From positions 2,005 to 66,004 of the forward strand of contig JAZSII010000034.1 of NCBI GenBank assembly GCA_045533725.1: a stretch of 64,000 nucleotides of DNA, written 5' to 3'. This document shows, in pieces, positions 59,997 through 64,000 of the stretch; the stretch's first letter is position 1, and each line of letters opens with the position of its first letter. This stretch comes from Acetatifactor sp. GTDB taxonomy: Bacteria; Bacillota; Clostridia; Lachnospirales; Lachnospiraceae. The notes beneath the pieces were generated by a model. It was not told the origin of the DNA, made no database searches, and saw nothing but the letters and a program-made list of their open reading frames with translations. The translations under genes and the position numbers were made by a program.

Positions 59997-61388
59997 TTAT
60001 TTATGCAACCACCAAATATTTCCGTCCGACAAATATAATCCCAGCCTTTCCTGAAGACTTATCGATACAGTATTCCCTTCACTAATTTGACAGTAAGGTA
60101 TCTCTCCTCTGCTTATCTGCTGATTAATCAAATAACTTTCCAAAGCAGAGGCTACCCCCCGTCCTCTATAGGCATCTTTTACAAATAACATTCCCATGCT
60201 GCCTTCCGCATGCATTCCAATAAAGCCAATAAGCGTCTCCTCATCAAAAGCTCCCAAAACGGCTCCTGCTTCCAAACGCCTTCGAATATAACTCTCAGAA
60301 CACAGTTTATAGTTGTCCCATATTTCTTCTGCATATGGGATCCCTAAGGTTCTGATATTTTTATACTTAACCGGTAGGGATACATTTCGAGTATAGCAAG
60401 CCTGCGTACATTTCATTCTGACTTTCACATCAAAATTCTCTTCGAGAATATCATTCATAAACTTCTGCATTGTAACCATCTCATACTCTAAATACTGCGG
60501 CTTATCCTCAAAAACCTTATGTAGCATAATCAATGCTTCCTGTTCGTTATTTCCACATAACATGAGTACTTCCTCACAGGCAATGACAATATTATTTCCT
60601 GATTCATAAATAAGGTTTCCGATACCTCGTTTCAATGCTTCAATCATATGGATAAACAATCTCTTTTTCTTTAAAAGATGTTTCATGACTTCCTGTTTTT
60701 TACTGTATATCTGATACAAGTCAGGACGGTTTTTCCTGGTTCTTTCCTCGGACTGTTCCAATCTCCATTTGGATATATTTTTATGATTTCCGGATAACAA
60801 AATCTCCGGAACAGGCTTGTCGTGCCAAACCTCAGGTCTGGTATATTGGGGATATTCCAACAAATCATTATGAAAAGATTCTGTTTCTCCGGATATATCA
60901 TTGTTTAAAACACCCGGAATCATTCTTGAAATGGCATCAATCATGACCATCACCGGAAGCTCTCCGCCTGTCAGAACATAATCTCCGATAGAAACATAAT
61001 CCGTTACAATCTCTTCCAGCACACGTTCATCCACACCTTCATAATGCCCACAGAGAAAAACCAGTTCCTCCTCTTTTGCCAGTTCCTTTGCCATAGCCTG
61101 GTCAAAACGTCTGCCTTGGGGAGTTAAATAAATGGTACGTGGTTTTTTTTCCATATTTGAAACAATTGTACTGTATGCATCAAAAACAGGCTGTGCCTGG
61201 ATTAACATCCCTGCGCCGCCTCCATACGGATAATCGTCCACTTTTCCATGCTTATCAAGCGTATATTCCCGAAAATTTATTGCATCAAAAGAAATCAGAC
61301 CCTTTTGCGCAGCCTTTCCCAATATACTCGTATTTAATCCATTCATAATCATTTCGGGAAATAAAGTTAACACATGAAATTTCATCAT
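59997..61388 (-). CDS. trmD: tRNA (guanine-N1)-methyltransferase TrmD with C-terminal GNAT domain
   Basis: VDDYPYGGGAGM, CGHYEGVDER, SIGDYVLTGGE; tail GSMGMLFV..YRGRGVA..N..S..LQERLG. Confidence 0.93.
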   Translation of the reverse strand: MMKFHVLTLFPEMIMNGLNTSILGKAAQKGLISFDAINFREYTLDKHGKVDDYPYGGGAGMLIQAQPVFDAYSTIVSNMEKKPRTIYLTPQGRRFDQAMAKELAKEEELVFLCGHYEGVDERVLEEIVTDYVSIGDYVLTGGELPVMVMIDAISRMIPGVLNNDISGETESFHNDLLEYPQYTRPEVWHDKPVPEILLSGNHKNISKWRLEQSEERTRKNRPDLYQIYSKKQEVMKHLLKKKRLFIHMIEALKRGIGNLIYESGNNIVIACEEVLMLCGNNEQEALIMLHKVFEDKPQYLEYEMVTMQKFMNDILEENFDVKVRMKCTQACYTRNVSLPVKYKNIRTLGIPYAEEIWDNYKLCSESYIRRRLEAGAVLGAFDEETLIGFIGMHAEGSMGMLFVKDAYRGRGVASALESYLINQQISRGEIPYCQISEGNTVSISLQERLGLYLSDGNIWWLHK

Positions 61389-61389
61389 G

Positions 61390-61905
61390 TCAGTTCTCCT
61401 CTAAAAGTCCCTCCAAAACATGTACTTGTATTCTGTTATTATTTATATCGACATTCAAAATACATTGTTTTATGGCAGGAAGCAAAAGTTCTCTTCCATC
61501 CGGTAAATTTATTACATAAACATCATTTGCCCCCGTAGACATTACATCCACCAAGGTTCCTAAATCATTATTTTCTTCATCAATAACCTGTAACCCGATT
61601 AAATCAGCCACAAAATACTCGTCCTTACTCAATCTGACAGCATTGGCTCTGGTTACAAACAAGCTCTTCTGACGATACTGTTCCACGTCATTTAAAGTGT
61701 CAATTCCTTTAAACTTTAAAATCACCATCTGTTTAAAAAATTTAACACCTTCTATTTCTAAATTGATTTTTTCTTTTCCGGTGTCTAAAATAACTTCCTT
61801 TAGTCTTTTGAATCTCTTCACATCATCCGTTGTAGGGTATACCTTTACTTCCCCTCTGACACCATGTGTTGATGTTATTATACCAACCTGAAATAATTCT
61901 TCCAT
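61390..61905 (-). CDS. rimM: Ribosome maturation factor RimM
   Basis: THGVRGEVKV, EYFVADLIG, TGANDVY, LLPAI. Confidence 0.95.
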   Translation of the reverse strand: MEELFQVGIITSTHGVRGEVKVYPTTDDVKRFKRLKEVILDTGKEKINLEIEGVKFFKQMVILKFKGIDTLNDVEQYRQKSLFVTRANAVRLSKDEYFVADLIGLQVIDEENNDLGTLVDVMSTGANDVYVINLPDGRELLLPAIKQCILNVDINNNRIQVHVLEGLLEEN

Positions 61906-61963
61906 AAAAAACATCCTTAATAATTGTACTTTTCACTTTGTTAACTATTTTTCTCAATAGGAC

Positions 61964-61995
61964 AAAGGCGAAACACACTATTGTATGTTTCGCCT
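61964..61995 (-). terminator. Terminator/attenuator after khpA
   Basis: AGGCGAAACATAC/GTGTGTTTCGCCT stem then TT. Confidence 0.65.
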
Positions 61996-62000
61996 AATCA

Positions 62001-62228
62001 TTAAATGATTTCAACATCTACTATTTTATTATCCTTGGATGATGCTGCTTTCACAACGGAACGAATTGCTTTTGCAATTCTACCCTGCTTTCCAATGACT
62101 TTGCCCATATCAGATGCGGCAACATGAAGTTCGACTACAGTATTCTTACCTTCAGTCTTCTCTGTTACAACCACTTCATCCGGGTTATCTACAAGTGCTT
62201 TTGCGATAACTTCAACTAAATCCTTCAT
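62001..62228 (-). CDS. khpA: KH-domain RNA-binding protein KhpA
   Basis: DMGKVIGKQGRIAKAIR; between rpsP and rimM. Confidence 0.93.
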   Translation of the reverse strand: MKDLVEVIAKALVDNPDEVVVTEKTEGKNTVVELHVAASDMGKVIGKQGRIAKAIRSVVKAASSKDNKIVDVEII

Positions 62229-62254
62229 ATTCCACCTCCAGAGTTCGTCAGTGA

Positions 62255-62500
62255 TTATTTTACAATACCTGCAACCTTGAACAATTTACCAACAACTTCT
62301 GTAGGCTGTGCACCATTTGCCAACCACTTCTTAGCTGCTTCCTCATCAATCTTGAAGGTGCTGGGTTCGGTAGAAGGGTCGTAGGTACCGATTTCATCGA
62401 TAAATCTACCGTCTCTGGGAGAACGAGAATCTGCAACGATGATTCTATAGAAAGGTGCTTTCTTCTGTCCCATTCTTCTTAATCTGATTTTAACTGCCAT
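62255..62500 (-). CDS. rpsP: 30S ribosomal protein S16
   Basis: [19 protein letters not shown]; start after GGAGGT. Confidence 0.98.
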   Translation of the reverse strand: MAVKIRLRRMGQKKAPFYRIIVADSRSPRDGRFIDEIGTYDPSTEPSTFKIDEEAAKKWLANGAQPTEVVGKLFKVAGIVK

Positions 62501-62597
62501 TGTTTTTACCTCCGTAAATATAATTTGTTTATTCATTTTCTGTAGTTTTCTACAGCTTATTTATGATAAGAACCATATAGTCCATTATCTACTTACC

Positions 62598-63968
62598 TTA
62601 GAACGGAAATCTTCCTTTTCCGCCGCCCATTCCCGGAAATCCTCCGAACAGGCCTCTGCCCTTTTTACCGCTGAATTGCTTCATCATTTTCTGGCTTTGC
62701 TCGAACTGCTTTATAAAGCGGTTCACTTCTGCAATGTCAACGCCAGCGCCTTTGGCAATTCTAAACTTCCTTCTGGGATTCAATATTTTGGGATTACGCC
62801 TTTCTTCAACGGTCATGGATAATACAATCGCTTCCATATGTGCTAATTGTTTATCATCTACCATGCCTTCCAAATCACCGGCCTTCACTCCCATGCCCGG
62901 CATCATTCTTAAGATACTGCCGAGTCCACCCATTTTTTTCATTTGCTTCATGCTTTCCAGGTAATCTTCAAAATCGAATTTACCCTTCTTCATGCGGCCC
63001 ATCATATCCTTGCCTTTTTCTTCATCTAAGTCAAGGTTTTCCTGCGCCTTTTCAATCAAGGTAAGCACATCACCCATTCCCAGAATACGATTGGCCATTC
63101 TATCCGGATAAAACTGTTCCATATCGGAAAGCTTTTCACCCATACCAACAAACAAAATCGGCTTACCGGTAACAGCCTTAATGGAAAGAGCCGCACCACC
63201 TCTGGTGTCACCGTCCAACTTGGTCAAAACTACGCCATCAATACCGATTTGTTCATCAAATTGCTTCGCAACATTTACTGCATCCTGACCGGTCATGGCA
63301 TCCACAACTAACAAAGTCTGATGCACTGCCACTTCTGCCTTTACATCCTGCAATTCCTGCATCATGTCCTCATCCACATGAAGACGACCGGCCGTATCGA
63401 GGATGACAACGTTGTGACCGTTCTTTTCCGCATAAGCAATAGCGTTCTTGGCTATCTCAACAGGCTTGTGGTCAGTACCCATGGAAAATACTTCTACTTC
63501 CATTTTCTGACCGTTTATCTTTAACTGCTCAATTGCCGCAGGACGATAAATATCGCAGGCTACAAGCAATGATTTCTTACCTTTCAGCTTCAGTTTTCCG
63601 GCAATCTTTGCGGTTGCTGTGGTTTTACCTGCACCCTGTAAACCTGCCATCATAATAACGGTAATGGATTTACCGGGTTGGAACTGAATCTCGGTAGTTT
63701 CACTTCCCATCAAAGCTACCAATTCATCGTTAACAATTTTGATAACCATCTGACCGGGATTCAAACCACTCATTACATCCTGACCGATTGCGCGTTCTTC
63801 CACAGTCTTTACAAACTGCTTCACGACACGGAAGTTAACATCCGCTTCCAAAAGAGCCATTTTGACCTCTTTCAGAGCTTCTTTTACATCCGCCTCTGAT
63901 AAACGTCCCTTACCGCGTAACTTTTTAAATACATTTTGTAATTTATCGGTTAAACTTTCAAATGCCAT
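62598..63968 (-). CDS. ffh: Signal recognition particle protein
   Basis: GLQGAGKTT, DTAGR, TKLDGDTRGG, Met-rich M domain. Confidence 0.97.
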   Translation of the reverse strand: MAFESLTDKLQNVFKKLRGKGRLSEADVKEALKEVKMALLEADVNFRVVKQFVKTVEERAIGQDVMSGLNPGQMVIKIVNDELVALMGSETTEIQFQPGKSITVIMMAGLQGAGKTTATAKIAGKLKLKGKKSLLVACDIYRPAAIEQLKINGQKMEVEVFSMGTDHKPVEIAKNAIAYAEKNGHNVVILDTAGRLHVDEDMMQELQDVKAEVAVHQTLLVVDAMTGQDAVNVAKQFDEQIGIDGVVLTKLDGDTRGGAALSIKAVTGKPILFVGMGEKLSDMEQFYPDRMANRILGMGDVLTLIEKAQENLDLDEEKGKDMMGRMKKGKFDFEDYLESMKQMKKMGGLGSILRMMPGMGVKAGDLEGMVDDKQLAHMEAIVLSMTVEERRNPKILNPRRKFRIAKGAGVDIAEVNRFIKQFEQSQKMMKQFSGKKGRGLFGGFPGMGGGKGRFPF

Positions 63969-64000
63969 CTATAATCCTCTCAAACACCTAAAACTCATTC

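Noticed and set aside
1-64000. CRISPR array, tRNA/rRNA, IS, prophage or integron
   Set aside because: None recognised by eye; small or degenerate elements could have been missed.

Overview
Chromosomal window from a low-GC, spore-forming Clostridia genome (Lachnospiraceae-like by gene content and order; taxon is inferred). Bases 1-36 kb and 60-64 kb are mostly housekeeping: partial [FeFe]-hydrogenase, ppa, cotJABC, dut-nrdG-nrdD with tandem NrdR boxes, nucleoside salvage genes, spoIVA, T-box-controlled tyrS, MoxR/vWA pair, metF, an EAL phosphodiesterase with a beta-helix tail, gpsA-plsY-der, prs, and the ffh-rpsP-khpA-rimM-trmD...rplS-lepB-rbgA-lepB-rnhB-yraN cluster. A ~24 kb accessory block (36.1-59.9 kb) sits between trmD and rplS. 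It joins a Gram-positive Pel exopolysaccharide operon (SDR-fused PelD, PelE, apparently inactive DUF2194 PelA, PelF, PelG), a GacIJKL-like transmembrane glycosylation set, two DUF4832 hydrolase-like proteins and a Stealth phosphotransferase with RiPP-style machinery: two PqqD/RRE domains, an HPr-kinase-like enzyme, a nucleotidyltransferase fused to a flippase, a soluble Ser-His S26 peptidase, an ABC exporter and a 136-aa protein with a lasso-like leader. No lasso cyclase is present. Best candidate new system: RRE-directed processing and export of a folded protein coupled to a decorated Pel matrix. Two genes carry single in-frame stops (vWA, Stealth). All calls are from motif recognition by eye; no searches were run.
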